Under the pieces are notes generated by a model, which saw nothing but the letters and a program-made list of their open reading frames with translations, made no database searches and was not told the DNA's origin. A DNA stretch of 64,000 nucleotides from positions 54,250,001 to 54,314,000 of the forward strand of contig OX597820.1 in assembly GCA_951406725.2 (NCBI GenBank), in the 5' to 3' direction. The position numbers and the translations under genes are program-made. Shown in pieces: positions 1-15,939 of the stretch (position 1 is its first letter; every line of letters starts with the position of its first letter). Source of the DNA: Octopus vulgaris (lineage: Eukaryota).

Positions 1-610
1 TTTATCTGAGATCCATCAGTAACTTTGTTTCCAATTATTTATGTACACTTTCTCATTCTTCTTACAAAAATTTCCAACTCGATAAAGCATTTACTGTCAA
101 GTGAAATGCTTGATCCTCGGTCACGCTATCACTCATTTATAGCAGCTTTGATTAAAATTTGGGCTAAAGCCTCTGTCTTAGTGAGAAATTACTGATATTA
201 TTTTAAGATGATAACGGGTTGAACAAGCGTTCAGAAATGTGTGATTACTACTGAGAATTTCCATACTTTTTGCATTGCACATACGTGACTCGAAATGGCT
301 GTCAAAAGTAGTGATTAGCCATCATATGTTAGACTGAACGAACAAAATTTACAAAAACTAATACGCTATAATTATTTTTACCAACGTATTCAAAGGCGTT
401 TAAATGTCATTAGTTATTTCCCTTGCACTGTTATTTCTTTTTACAAACGCTTCACAACTTGCCAATATAAACAAATTTTGTTCATAGATACATTTACATA
501 TTTCTGATATCTGTTTAGCTCGCATGGATTAATCACGTGATTTAAGATTCTCCGTCTCTAAAAGTCTTCTGTCTGTCTGTCTCTCTGACTCCCCTCCCTT
601 TAAACATACA

Positions 611-2304
<1,694 letters not shown>

Positions 2305-3089
2305 CACAGCTGAATATTTAGAAAACTTCAAACCAGTCAGAAATCATCAGTGGATTATCGTCAATACGATCAAATATCTCTTATTAAGACTTCAATAGAC
2401 TTGTTTCTTTTAACTTTATTTTTTCTCCTAACCTCTTTCTCTGGCACCTGATCCTTCTTTTCCATATTGCTATGTGCGCTGACAACAATGGAACAAATGA
2501 GAGAACTTCTATGTCGATTGACCGACCTGGTAGAAACAACAGCTAAATCTCTCATAAATCACATAACCGCTTTAGAAAAAAAAGATACGTTGGACAATAT
2601 GGCTAGTACAATGTCGGTGTCCGAGAGCCTCACGGTTACAGGGGGCCCAGTTGTGATCTATGCGGTTCGCTGTCAACAAACAAATTCTATAGGCCCCAAT
2701 GCATTGATTTACTTGGGCTCTATAATGCTTCTGTGAAATACCTGAATGTAGTCTCCGAAAAGCGGAACGGTTATCGCTGAAAACCCTTCAATCTAGGTTT
2801 ATTCGTTCAACTTAACGACAGTTATATTGAAGAGATCTTCCTTATTGTAGCATAAAACAACAATCATATGATATGGCGGTTTGATTGCTTCTCTCTATGA
2901 GGCGTCGTCTACGACTATGTACCGCCATCTTTGCTAACATATTTGTAGCATTTTTGTACTATACCCCACAAATCTTTGATTTTGCTTCGGCTTGCCAGCC
3001 TTGAACATGTTTTGGGATATACTGTGGTTCCAGATATACCGTACTTCCAGATATGAAATAATTTTTAACACGTGAATCGTCTTAATATA

Positions 3090-3725
3090 TAAAATTCACT
3101 AAAAAGCCAGTTTACAAGATTCACATCCTACCTAACCTTTATTAGCTCAGAAACAGTGGAAGAAAGTAATCTCATTTAATCAACCACATAACTTTGACGT
3201 TAGCAGAACATAGCCAAAAATTTTTCTAGCTCTTGTAATACAGCAATTTTCACTGATACTTAAATACAACAAATACAACAAATTTTTCGATACACAGAAT
3301 ATTAAGCTCATCTATTCTTGCCTGGACTACATATTACAATCGGCTTCTTGGATAACATTACAATCGATATCATACAACCACACAAGCCACTTCAACAACA
3401 CAGATATAGCTGTTAAAATATATTTACCCGTCTTCTCAAAGGATGTTGTCTTTTCAAAAGCACATCGGTCATATATAATACCTCTAGACATCATCGAAAG
3501 GAATCACAGAAAAATCATAAAGAAGAATTTCGAGGATCGTAACCATCAACATCTTCACTTACTTAGGAAAAGGAACATGAGAAATTCTAGGCCGATACTG
3601 AAATATATCTAGAATCTCAAGGTCCAAGAATGTGAATCCACTTGAATAACATACAGCATTATAGACAAGGCCAGGCTATATTCTTTCCATGAAAGCGATC
3701 AGTTTTGTTACTCTTTGTGCTTCGA
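3090..3725 (+). mobile_element. Penelope-like element remnant (RT C-terminus and GIY-YIG region)
   Basis: Decayed frames read KYNKFFDTQNIKLIYSCL, then F..R.RNHQTS-like and KYI.NLK...IIDKARLYS-like segments typical of PLE ORFs. Confidence 0.55.
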
Positions 3726-4417
3726 AATATAGTTAGCTCTGTCACAGCAAACTCGCACTTGGAACCACTCTATCGGAGTAAAATAATAAATATTACCTCT
3801 CATTAGCAGAAAGCCACCAATTTTAGTTAAATCCACAGTCGATTAAATCAACTACATGTATTTATTTTATGTATCTTAGATTAAGGAGCTTGTGCACGTT
3901 CACATGTTGGGTTAAAGGTATACAACAGATCAATCATTGAGTTACTGCATTTCTGATATCAAAAGTGGAATGTTTTGGGGATTTTTGTTTAGTTATTTTT
4001 TGTTTTTGTTTTTTGTTTTTGTTTTTTCAATTAATCGTTTTCTCGCCAGTATATATACATATTTTCGTATAAATTTGAAAACGGTGTAAAAATGACGTAA
4101 CTAGGTAATACAAGGCGTCAAATCCGAAACTTTATCGCCCTAGCATTCCAGCTTTGTATCCGACTAAATTTATATTTATGAGTGTGTGTGTGTGTGATGT
4201 GTGCGTGTGTGTGTATGTGTGATAATAATAATCTATATATAAAACTCTTTGTCTGTCTGTCTTTCTGTTCCTTATGCATTCTCAAACAGCTCCACCAAAT
4301 CAAATTCTACAAGGTAATAGTATTAGACTCCACGAGTGTCAACGTGTAATTTTTATTTTCATTTCGTTTAAAACAATATCACATTTTCTCGAAAATAATC
4401 TTTCTATTTTCAACTAT

Positions 4418-4712
4418 AGTAAAGGACATTTTATACCACAACGACGACGTCACATTTTGTATATGAGTGTGTATGTGTCTGTCTGTGTGTGTTTGCGCAT
4501 TCGTTACGTACGACATAGAAAAGGACATTTTATACAACCACCACCACGATACATTTTGTATATGAGTATATATGTGCCTGTGAGTGTGTGTGTTAGTGTG
4601 TTCGTTACGTACGACATAGTAAAGGACATTTTATACCACCACCCCGATACATTTTGTAAATGGGTGTATATGTGTTTGTGAGTATGTCAGTGTTTGCGCG
4701 TTCGTTACGTAA
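4418..4712. repeat. Three ~100-bp tandem repeats (AAAGGACATTTTATAC...TTCGTTACGTA)
   Basis: Units start at ~4418, ~4518 and ~4618 with shared anchors and internal microsatellite variation. Confidence 0.85.
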
Positions 4713-4899
4713 ATGTATATATGTGTGTGTCTGTCTTAGTATATGTATGTGAGTGTAAGTGAGAGTGTATGTGTGTGTCAGTGTATGCGAGGGTGTATGT
4801 GTCATTGTCAATTACACTGATGTAAACTGGCTCCAACTAATGAAATGGTTGATAAACTCAATCACGAACTTCAAAAGTTAACAGATACATCAGAAATGA

Positions 4900-5420
4900 C
4901 TTTTCCATCAATTCACACACCAGTCAATCAAGATCATACTGTTCAATACCTGTTGAATTTCTGAACACACCTAAACACACTGAGATGCCACAGCATAACT
5001 TGACACTAAAGTTGTTGCTTAGGAATTTTGTTGCTTCGGAATTTTGAACCACCTCGCCTGTACAATGAAGCTCGCTTAATTGTTACTTCCATGAAGCCCC
5101 ATGTCCTACAGGCAACAATCATAATAGGTAGTCACAAAGAAGAAAATGTCTTAATTCTAAAATTTCTTCTCATACTTACAGATGTTCCATTTGAATTTAA
5201 GGGGCTTCAGTTTCCAGTCAAACTAAGTTTTGGTATTTCAATTAACAAATCTCAGGTTCAATCCCTCAACATAGTTTGACTTCATCTCTCTACTACATGA
5301 TTCTCCCATGGCCAACACTTTTTTGGTTACTCACGAGTTGGAAGCAGCAACATTTTATTCATATGGACACCAGCAAAAGATTGCACAATGAATATTGTTT
5401 GCACTGAAATGCTTCAAGAT
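4900..5420 (+). mobile_element. Helitron PIF1-family helicase remnant
   Basis: LLRNFEPPRLYNEARL...FEFKGLQFPVKLSFGISINKSQVQSL, then frameshifted FSHGQ and SRVG motifs. These are PIF1/Helitron helicase motifs. Confidence 0.88.
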
Positions 5421-5565
5421 TGACAGATTTTCAGTTCTAAATTCTATTATCCTTACAATTTGGATGTTTTAAAATAAAATATAGGTAGTTTTGAAATAAT
5501 TATGAGAAAATGTATATATCTTCATATTCATTTGTTTACTGATCTGAATAAGAACAGCAGTAACC

Positions 5566-5692
<127 letters not shown>

Positions 5693-5811
5693 AAACAAAA
5701 GTCTCTTGAAAGTGAGCGAAGCCCACGGGAATAATATTGTATATTCTGTGGACTTTGTAAATAAGAAAAGAATTTGACATTATTGTCATGTTTTTTAATA
5801 CCACTGACACT

Positions 5812-5843
<32 letters not shown>

Positions 5844-6470
5844 CACACACATACACATACACCACATGCATACATATGTACATGCATACATGCTTACATA
5901 GATACACGCACATACGCACATTTCTCAAACTGTTCAATATCTAGAAGAAAAAGAAAAAAAAATCTAATTGAATTAAAAGACTCTGTACAAGAGAACAGCA
6001 AGTTCATTCTCTTCTCAAACATAATACAAGCAATATTAGTCACAGCCTGCTCTTTTATAATAAATAAATAAAAAAAGCCTACGGAATGAAACCCGTTAAA
6101 AACATTATGTTTACATAACTTTTATGTTTATATTAAGCTCAGAAAGCCTTTGTATACGTCTCATCTCTTTTCAATGCGAGTTAATTCTATTTTTAGTCGT
6201 GGCCAGCTTTGAGATCCTGATTTACACGGACACTTACACACACAGAGAAGTATGCACGAATACATGCATATACATAAATACATACATACCTATATGTTTA
6301 TATACACTGATACACAGTGACGTATACACACACACACATATATAATATATGTGTATTTATATATATGTTATATATATATATATATACATACTAATACATA
6401 ATACACACGTATATACACATATATTTAAACCTACATACATAGAAGCAATCATACATATATACACACATAC

Positions 6471-6510
<40 letters not shown>

Positions 6511-7188
6511 GCATATACGTGTGTATATATATATATATATATACATGTGTTTATGCACACATGCATATACACATTTGTATATATACACATATATATATAC
6601 ATGTGTATATACACACATGTAAATATATGCATATATACACACACATATGTGTGTTTGTATGTATATATATACATATGGTGATGATGATGATGATGATGAT
6701 GGTGATAATGGCGACGATGTCCACGACGAAATATATATATATACACACACACATACATAATGCATACATAACACACATACATGCATACATGTACACATAC
6801 AGATATAAAACATATATACACATAAACATAATAAACAAATACATGCAAAGAAGTAGTACATACAAAATAACCGCAGTCAATGTAATAACGGTTGAGTTAG
6901 TATACTATTATTTTTTCATTACTTGAATTTACCTGCCGAAGAGGTATTCATCAAGTACCTTAAACGCAGACAGATTTATCATTGAACTTCTGTGACGCTA
7001 GACGATGTGTTGTAGATTTCTCATTAGTCCCATATTTTTTACCTCTATCAGTTGTATTTTACTGTTGCAATTAGTAGGTAAAATCTTTTTGTGGCGGCAT
7101 TTCGACATGATCTCGGTTCTTTTACTTTAAATAACATTTTATAATATTTTGTATCATATAACATTTTACTGTTGTCATTGGTTTGCCT

Positions 7189-7432
7189 CAGTGGTCTCAA
7201 CCATTTTTTGGCCTATGGACCTATTAATTCCTATTTTACTCAACCGAACCGCCGTCGGCATAGTTTAAAAAATAAAACATCCAAATGTATTTTTATAATT
7301 AAATAGTATTAGGAATTGTATTTAATAATGTATTGTAGAAGTATAAGCCATTTATTGCACATAAATTTTAATAACAAATTCTTCCCCAGCCCCACCCCAC
7401 AAGGGCCATATGAATCCCGGTTGAAAACCAGT
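7189..7432. mobile_element. hAT/Charlie-type MITE
   Basis: CAGTGGTCTCAACC...GGTTGAAAACCAGT termini. Inverted homologue at 42599-42852 and a fragment near 57260-57320. Confidence 0.7.
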
Positions 7433-8039
7433 TGAGTAGGCTGTACTGTGTTCGATGAAAAAGACAGTAGTATTTCTATTTTCTGAATTTCTGCAAGTGG
7501 ATTTATGGTGGTTGAGAAAACGGCTTTAAATCTGGTTGTATTCAAACTGATGTAAGTACCAAACCTTAAAAATAAGTCCTGGAATCGATTCATTCGACTA
7601 GAAATTCATCAAAGACGTGTCCCTGCTTAGCCGCAGTCTAATGAGTGAAACAAGAAAAAGATTTTAAAAATCATATGCAGATGAATGCTCCACCTTAACC
7701 AATGGTGACCCTATACAGCCACCAAAACTGAAAAGTGGAAAGAGGGAAGTTACACGCAAATCGGGGATTTTGCTAAAGGGATCAAAGCGTTAATGTTGAA
7801 GCTGGTGAAAGATTAGATTTACCAATCTCCACACCATATCCGTAGACCAAGTTGCACTCTCAGAGATTTTATTAACCCGATACTATGATAGAGAAAACTT
7901 GGCTAAAAGGATGCGCATTCGAAACAAACCCCTAATCATGTAGTTCTTAAGCAGACGTCATAAACACCCAAGTATGTCTGCGCCCATACTAGTTTACGAA
8001 ATTTTACAGTTGGACTAATCTGCCGTCCGTCCAATAAGT

Positions 8040-8510
8040 TAATGTTCTTTTCTACTCTAAGCACAAAGCCCGAAATTTTGGTGGAGGGAGCCAGTCGATT
8101 GCATCGTCCCCAGTACGCAACTGGTTCTTGATTTATCGACGCTAAAAGGATGATAGGCAAAGTTTACCTCGGCGGAATTTGAACTCAGAACGTAAAGTCA
8201 GACAAATACCGCTAAGAATTTTGCCCGGCGTGCTAACGTTTCTACCAGCTCACCGCCTTACAATTAGTTAATATTAGCAGCCTATAGGGCGGCGAGTTGT
8301 CAGAATGGTCAGTACACCGGATAAAATGTTTTGCGGTATATCTTTCTGTTCTTTGCGTTCTGAGTTCATATTCCGCCGAGGTTGACTTTGCTTCTCGTCC
8401 GTTCCAGGTTCGATAAAATAACTATGAGTTGAGCATTGGGATCGACGTAATCGGCTTACCTCCTCCACCGTAATTGCTGGTTTTGTGTCAAAATTTGAAA
8501 CCAATATTAA
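8040..8510. mobile_element. Two head-to-head tRNA-derived SINEs (family B, MetaSINE-like core)
   Basis: A minus copy at ~8040-8258 and a plus copy at ~8287-8510 share the GGCGGCGAGCTGGCAGAA head, a GAGTTCAAATTCC B-box and the GACTTTGCCTTTCATCC...GATAAA..AGTACC core. Confidence 0.8.
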
Positions 8511-9032
8511 CAGCATATCTGAATGTAACCAGTAACTTTTCATAAGCCCAGTTCAAAAAGTGTCTTGTGGTAAGAGTAAAATAATGGTGAGGACCATAGC
8601 TGCTGCTCAGAATGAGACTGCAGCACATGAACAAAGTGACTATAATTTGGTCACTCTACGGCCAAACTAGAGTGCTACTTGGTTACTATTTTAGTATTAC
8701 TGTTACTGCATGTTCCTTAAACTAGTCTCTTCAAAATAGCTTTCAACAACAGGCGCAGATGTTACTGTGTGGTAAGGAGCTTGCTTCCCGACCATAAGGT
8801 TCTGAGTTCAGTATCACTGCGTTGCACCTTCGGCAAATGTTTCCTATTATAGCCTCGGACTGACCAAAGCCTTGTGAATAAATTTGGTTGACGGAAAATG
8901 AAAGAAGACCCAAACAGACATACAGACAGATAGTCAGAGAAGGAGAGAAAGTCTTCTACTATAGCCTTGGGCCGACCAAAGCCTTATGAGTGGATATGTT
9001 TGGCGGAAACAGAAAGAAACCACCCGTAGATA

Positions 9033-10296
9033 TAGCAGGCTGAGTAAAAAGTAAACAAGGTTTTGAAACATGAATTTCATCACAATATATTTCAACAATG
9101 CGGTAATTTTATTCATCAAAGTAAGTACCATTGCAAGCAATACAATTTTGCCAACGAGTTACAAGTTTGTTTATTCCGGTAGCATAAAAATCTGGAGTTC
9201 TAGAGCTGATGAACTCTTTAAATTCACTTTCAGCATCAGTTTGATTTTTGAACTCCTTGATTCGTTGGAAACCATCAAGGTGAAAAGTTGTAGTCGGTAG
9301 GAGAAAGGTCTGGGGAATAAGCTGGGTGAGGAAGAACTTCGTAGCCAAATTCCCTCAACTTCTGGAACGTCATTAGGGAAACGTATGATCGAGCATTATC
9401 ATGAAGAATGACTGGCCCTCTTCTGTTGACCAGTCTGGGACAGAGGAGTAGCACTTTTTCGTTCATTTTGGCAATTTCATGGCAATATGTTTCTGCAGTA
9501 ATGGCTTTTCTGGGTTTTAAGAAGTTATAGTGGATGACTCCAGCAGTACACCACCAAACAGTCACCATAACCATCTTTTTGAAGAGTTCGGGTTTCGGGA
9601 AGGTTTTCGGTGCGGTGCTTCATTTTGGTCCAATCACTGCGAAGAACGTTTTTTATTATTGTACAGAATCCACTTTTCATCGCAAGTTACAATACGGTCG
9701 AGAAAATGATCGGTCTGGTTATGGGGAAGCGACGAGCAAATTTCATATCAGCGCATTTTCTGATTTTCATTCAAATTGTGTGGTACCTATTTGTCGAAAT
9801 TTTTTTATTTTCCGATCGCATACAAATGGTTGCATGCAGTTTTCTGGCTAATTTGAAGTTCTTTTGTCAGTTCTCGAGTGGTTTTATGTGGATCTTTCTC
9901 AATGACGGTCTTTAATTAACCGTCATCGATGGCAGATGGGTGTTCACTACGCTCACAATTTTCAAGGCTCAGGTCTCCACTGCAAAATCTTTTAAACCAT
10001 TTTCGAGCTGACTACTTACCAAACATTTCATTGATATTGCGAGCAGTTTCAGCTGCTTTACGTCCTTTTTTGAAGTTGAATAGCAAAATTGCTCGAATAT
10101 CGTGCTTTGACAGTTCCATTTCAGATTATTGTAACAACGGTGAAAAAAATATCAATGTTAATTTATTGATGCATTTGGGCATGTCTATGTCTGTATTATC
10201 AGACAATTGCAAAAAAGGTTTAAAAAGATACAGGACTCTGCAAAAATCCGGTACAAATTCTTCATGGTTCAAAACGTTGCTTACTTTTTACTCAAC

Positions 10297-10302
<6 letters not shown>
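9033..10302 (-). mobile_element. Full-length but frameshifted mariner (DD34D) transposon
   Basis: ~40-bp TIRs (TAGCAGGCTGAGTAAAAAGTAAACAAGGTTTTGAAACATGAA and TTCATGGTTCAAAACGTTGCTTACTTTTTACTCAACCTGATA), TA flanks, 1.27 kb. ORF pieces VWW..AGVIHY, LHDNAR, PAYSPDLSPTDY, GINKLVTRWQNCI...GTYFD. Confidence 0.95.
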
Positions 10303-10366
<64 letters not shown>

Positions 10367-10568
10367 TGTGTGTGTCTTTGTGTATGTGTTTGTCTCCGAC
10401 TAATGCTTGAGAAGCAATGTTAGTGTGTTTACGTTCGTAACTTAGTCGTTCGGCAAACAATCCCGAGAGAATAAGTGACGTGTGTTTGATATATTCTCTC
10501 ACCTCTGCCACTATCTGGCATATACAGGTGCTTACACTTATCAAGCATTCCCCTCTAAACTTACAGTG

Positions 10569-10606
<38 letters not shown>

Positions 10607-11173
10607 AGTGTATACAAGTGCATGGAAAGAGGTGCTCATTATTTCATCTTGAAAGATGACAGTTTCAAATTTCGTTCCAGTTCACTCTAGAAAAATCTGC
10701 TTTTACCCGTGACCTTGTGTCACAAATAGCTTCACATCAGACATCTAGCATCGTTAACTCTTCTTTAACACTCGCTTGCTGTTCTCATTCTTTAAAAATA
10801 ATTCTAAATATAACTTGTTTTGTTTTTTTGTCTTTGCACCGATTCACTCCAGCAATTATTGACGAAACGCGTCAATAACAGCTAGATTTTGCACAATTAA
10901 CCCACTCACCCCTTTCTCTTTGTCTCTCTCCCTCTCTCTCTCTCTTTCCCTCCCTTCCTCTTTCACTTACACCCGTGTATGCGTGGTAGCTTATGTGTGT
11001 ATATTTATATACATGTATGTGTGTGTATGTATGTATGTGTGTAAGTATGCATGTATGTATGGATGGATGGATGTACGTACGTATTTATGTATGTATGTAT
11101 GTATGTATGTATGTATGCATGTATGAGTTTGTCTATGTATAGCAACAAATGCACACATGCATAGAAACAGAAT

Positions 11174-11262
<89 letters not shown>

Positions 11263-12631
11263 CACACACAAAAAGCACGCGTACACACATGAATATGTAC
11301 ACAGACACACGCATGTGCGTGCGTGCTTGCGTGCGTGCTTGCGTGCGTGCCTGCGAGCGTTCGTGAGTGTTTGTGTGTCTGTGTGTGTGTGTCTGTGTGT
11401 GTCTGTGTGTGTGTCTGTGTGTATGTGAAAGAGAGAGAGCATGCGTGTATATACATTTGTCTTTTAATCTTTCATGTAGCCCTTTGCTTTCTTCCCTTTT
11501 TATTCTATAAGGCTCTACATCCAACCTGGAAGCCACTCGTACCCTACATTGCCGCCAATTTCAAAGAGTCTTACCCGAAACCACTACACTACCCCCATCT
11601 ACACCGCACCTCTACTCCCGGAAAGTTTAGTGAATTTATCTAGTTGGACCTCCACCTCTTTCTTCTAACTCTTCCCTTTCCTCTCTCTTACATTATTCTA
11701 CTTCTTCCTCTTTCACTATAACTTCACCTCTCCTTCATCTCCTCGCTCTTTGTCTCTCCCACTATGTCTCTCACTCTCTCTCTTTTCTCTCTCTCACTCT
11801 CTATCTATCTACCTCCTCTTTCACTGTCTTGTCTCCCACCACAATATGGCGGCTGGCTGGCCATTAGAACGAGGAAACACATTGCTAAGTGGCGAATGTC
11901 ACTTGAGATTGTATCTGGCTTAATTGGCTTCACACCCAACACCCACACCCTCGTATACCTCACTTCACTGCAAACCATTACCGCCACAGACCACCGTCCT
12001 TACTTCGTCACCATCGCTACTATATCATTTTTCCACACACCGGCAAAGTGTAACCCTTCATCACAAGCCCTGCAAAAAACCACAACCGCATCTACCGTCA
12101 CCGCCGCCGCCGCCACCATAGTTGCTGTTACCGCCACTACTACCACTACTACCACTAGCACTAACCTTCCCCCCCACTTTTCCGACCCCTCGACTATTAC
12201 CTTCCCTCCATCTCACACCAGTCGCTCTGGTAATCATTTTATCTCGATTTTGCATACATTCTACAACAGTGGAGCAACGGTGTCAACCCACTATTTCCCA
12301 TAAAACAGAAGAGGGACACAGATGAACAGATAGAGTAAAAATTTAGGTACAGACACATATGCATATACACAAACGAAATGGGCATGTGTGTGTGTGTGTG
12401 AGTATGTGAGTATGTGAGTATGTGTGTGTGTGTAAACCTCTGGGTTGGTGTATGTGTATATATCTATATCTATATTTATATTCGTGCATATGCGCAATTG
12501 TGTTTGTGTGAGATACTGTGTATGTACGTGTCTCGTGATTTTGTCAGGAATTTTAAAATAGAGTATGCTTAAATTCTACTTTACGCATTGGATCTCTTGC
12601 ACGTGCACACACACACACATACATACATACA

Positions 12632-12663
<32 letters not shown>

Positions 12664-12732
12664 CATATTCATACATATATGCATATAAACATAGATACAT
12701 ACGTACCTATATAAATGCATACATGCATGCAT

Positions 12733-12828
<96 letters not shown>

Positions 12829-13965
12829 ATACATATGTATAGAAATCTATATATATAAAATTAAATATAAAATATAAATTACAAAGTGGGACAAGAACGC
12901 AAAAACACACAAGGAGACGACACAAAAAAACAGACGGGTCACTCGAAGCCTCTAATCTTCAGTCGGGAACCTGATCATCTTAGTAATTTCGGCTGTTATG
13001 CATTTATATGCATACATACGTGCATGCATACATGTACATATATATATATATACATTCAAACATAGATACAAACATACAGACATATATATATATATACATA
13101 CATGCATAATGCATATACACCCGTGTATGCACACAAACATACATACATGATATGACATGCATATATAAGATGTGTCTTCTCTTGTCCTACACACGATGTT
13201 GCATCTCGTCAAATCTCAAAGCTCCTCTTCTACAAGCCATGTGCAGAAGGTAGCCAAAAAATATCTACAGTATAAATAGAACAGTGAAACTCCCAAGTTG
13301 CAATCACAAATCCCGATTATGTCATTCTTCAACGGATAACACATGTAAACATTAGCGGCCTCCAGAATGTCATCGAGATATACGTTCCATTGCGGCATAA
13401 TGCTGTTGCTAAACCATTATGCAATGCGACCAGCAAAAAAAGTGTGCCCTTGCAACTTAACCCTGGGCAACGGGGTGCCACCGATGAGGATTAATTCAAT
13501 CCGAAATCATCGATATGACGCTCTCGCTTGCTGTAGGGAGGTTGTCTCCCTTGTCAGTCAATAGACAAGAGCTTTGCCCGTAGCTAAGAGATGTTTTGAC
13601 TCTTATTTCTAGAACTGGTGGTGCTGACTTGCTCCCTTGATCACTTTAGTGACGATTGTACTTAAGCCTTTTGGTTTTTAAATTACGATTAACTATCTTT
13701 ATAAAACAGTGGTAAGTAGCTTGCTTAACAACCACATGGTTCCAGCCATCAGTTCGATATTTGATGTGTGGCACACTATGAACCTGAACAGGTAATGTTG
13801 ACTTGGTGGACGGAGTGAAATAATGTGTAGCACAAATACTTGATCACTAGAAACAATAATCTGTGCAGGTTTTTCTACAGGAAATTCCAAAACCCTCATC
13901 TGTTGTCTACGTCAGGAAATTCCATGAATATGTTTACAAAGATATGTACGTGTATGTATATACAT

Positions 13966-14019
<54 letters not shown>

Positions 14020-14245
14020 GCAATTAAAACAAAGTGAAGGTACGGGACGTAACCCCGAGTGCGCAGCGGTATATAGTTCAAGAACAAGGACGTCAATGGT
14101 ATATTAGTAATACTACAAGATAAAGTCTAAATTGTTTCCACAATCGCCTGGTAGCAATCAAACTGTTTTTGTTTTTGTTTTTATTTTCTTAATGGTGTAT
14201 TAAGTTTGGAGAAATTCTTAATTTTTGCGATTAACTTACTCTTCT

Positions 14246-14671
<426 letters not shown>

Positions 14672-15255
14672 TTATACTGTAGTGTCTAGGTGGGGGTCAT
14701 TACGCCAATTAAAATGAGCAAACACCTGTGTTTATAATTATTGATGTAATGAGCATCCCAAGGCACGACAACATGTTTTAACACAGAAATTTACATCAAT
14801 AATCTTAGAAATCAAATACAAAAAAAAGAAGTAAATAAGGTGCAGGCGTAGCTGTGTGGTAAGAAGCTTGCTTCCAAATCATATCATTCAGCGTGGCACC
14901 TTAGGAAAATGTTTTCTGCTATATCCCCAGGCCGACCAAAGCCTTTAGTAGACAGAAACTGAAAGAAGCCTGTCATCTATATATATATATGTATATATCT
15001 ATGTATATGTGTTTGTGCTTGTCCCCACCTCCACCACTTGACAACCGGTGTTGGTGTCTTTATGTCCTCGTCATCTAGCAGTTTGGCAAAAGAAACCAAT
15101 AGAATAAGTACCAGGCTTAAAATAGTGAAAAAAGGACTGGGGTCGATACATTCGACTATAAATTATTCAAGGCGATGCCCCAGCATAGCCGCAGTCTAAG
15201 GAGTGAAACAAGTAAAAGATTAAAAACAATACATACATACATACATACATACATA

Positions 15256-15600
15256 TTTGAGATAGAGAAGAGAAACTGTACAGTTGTGGAAATTAGCTAC
15301 CCAGCATATGTTAACATAAAGCTGAAGATCAGCAGAAAAGAAAATACCTGTACTGGAATATATAACACACTGCCTAAATAGCAATCTTGAGAAATAAGGC
15401 TTCTCAAAACCAGAATGGGGAAAGCTCATTCAAAGACTACAGAACCAAGCCATCATTGGAAGTCTAAAAATCTGTAAAACTGTCCAGAAGTTTATTTTTA
15501 AGTCTATATGAGTATGTCTAAACATGCAACTATATGCATGAGAATACATACATAAAACAAAACGTACAACACTGCATAGATACATACATACATACACATA
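15256..15600 (+). mobile_element. 5'-truncated R4/Dong-like non-LTR element, 3' fragment
   Basis: Highly similar to 16855-17220, with an internal deletion. Flanked by (CATA)n on both sides. Confidence 0.85.
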
Positions 15601-15605
15601 TACAT

Positions 15606-15823
15606 ACGAGGTCCGATCAATAAGTATCCGGACTATTGTTATAGTAACGAAGCTAATGCACGTAGAGTAAAGCCGCTTGGCAATGATTGACCTTGAAATC
15701 TGTTGTGCATGCGCATTAAGTTTTAATGTTCTAGCTCACTTCCGCTGTTTACAGCAGTGTTTGGAAGGATGGTGTGTGATCGTCGCATTGACCATGACAG
15801 AGAAAGTAGTTAGGGCGAATGTT
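15606..15823 (+). mobile_element. Mariner 5'-end fragment
   Basis: TACGAGGTCCGATCAATAAGTATCCGGACT resembles a mariner TIR. Truncated by a CATA array. Confidence 0.55.
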
Positions 15824-15939
15824 GTACATACATACATACATACATACATACATACATACATACATACATACATACATACATACATACATACATACATACA
15901 TACATACATACATACATACATACGTACATACATGCATGT

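Noticed and set aside
2467-2736. Unique-looking 89-aa ORF (possible gag-like or coiled coil)
   Set aside because: No recognisable motif, LTR or splice context.
4418-4712. Repeat-spacer-like pattern resembling CRISPR
   Set aside because: The intervening sequences are homologous to each other (a tandem repeat), the context is eukaryotic and there are no cas genes.
11764-12303. 179-aa ORF
   Set aside because: Low complexity and at best a very decayed retroelement fragment. Cannot be supported.
13170-13600. Possible RT remnant on the minus strand (WNVYLDDIL)
   Set aside because: Only one short motif is recognisable, too degraded to call a family.
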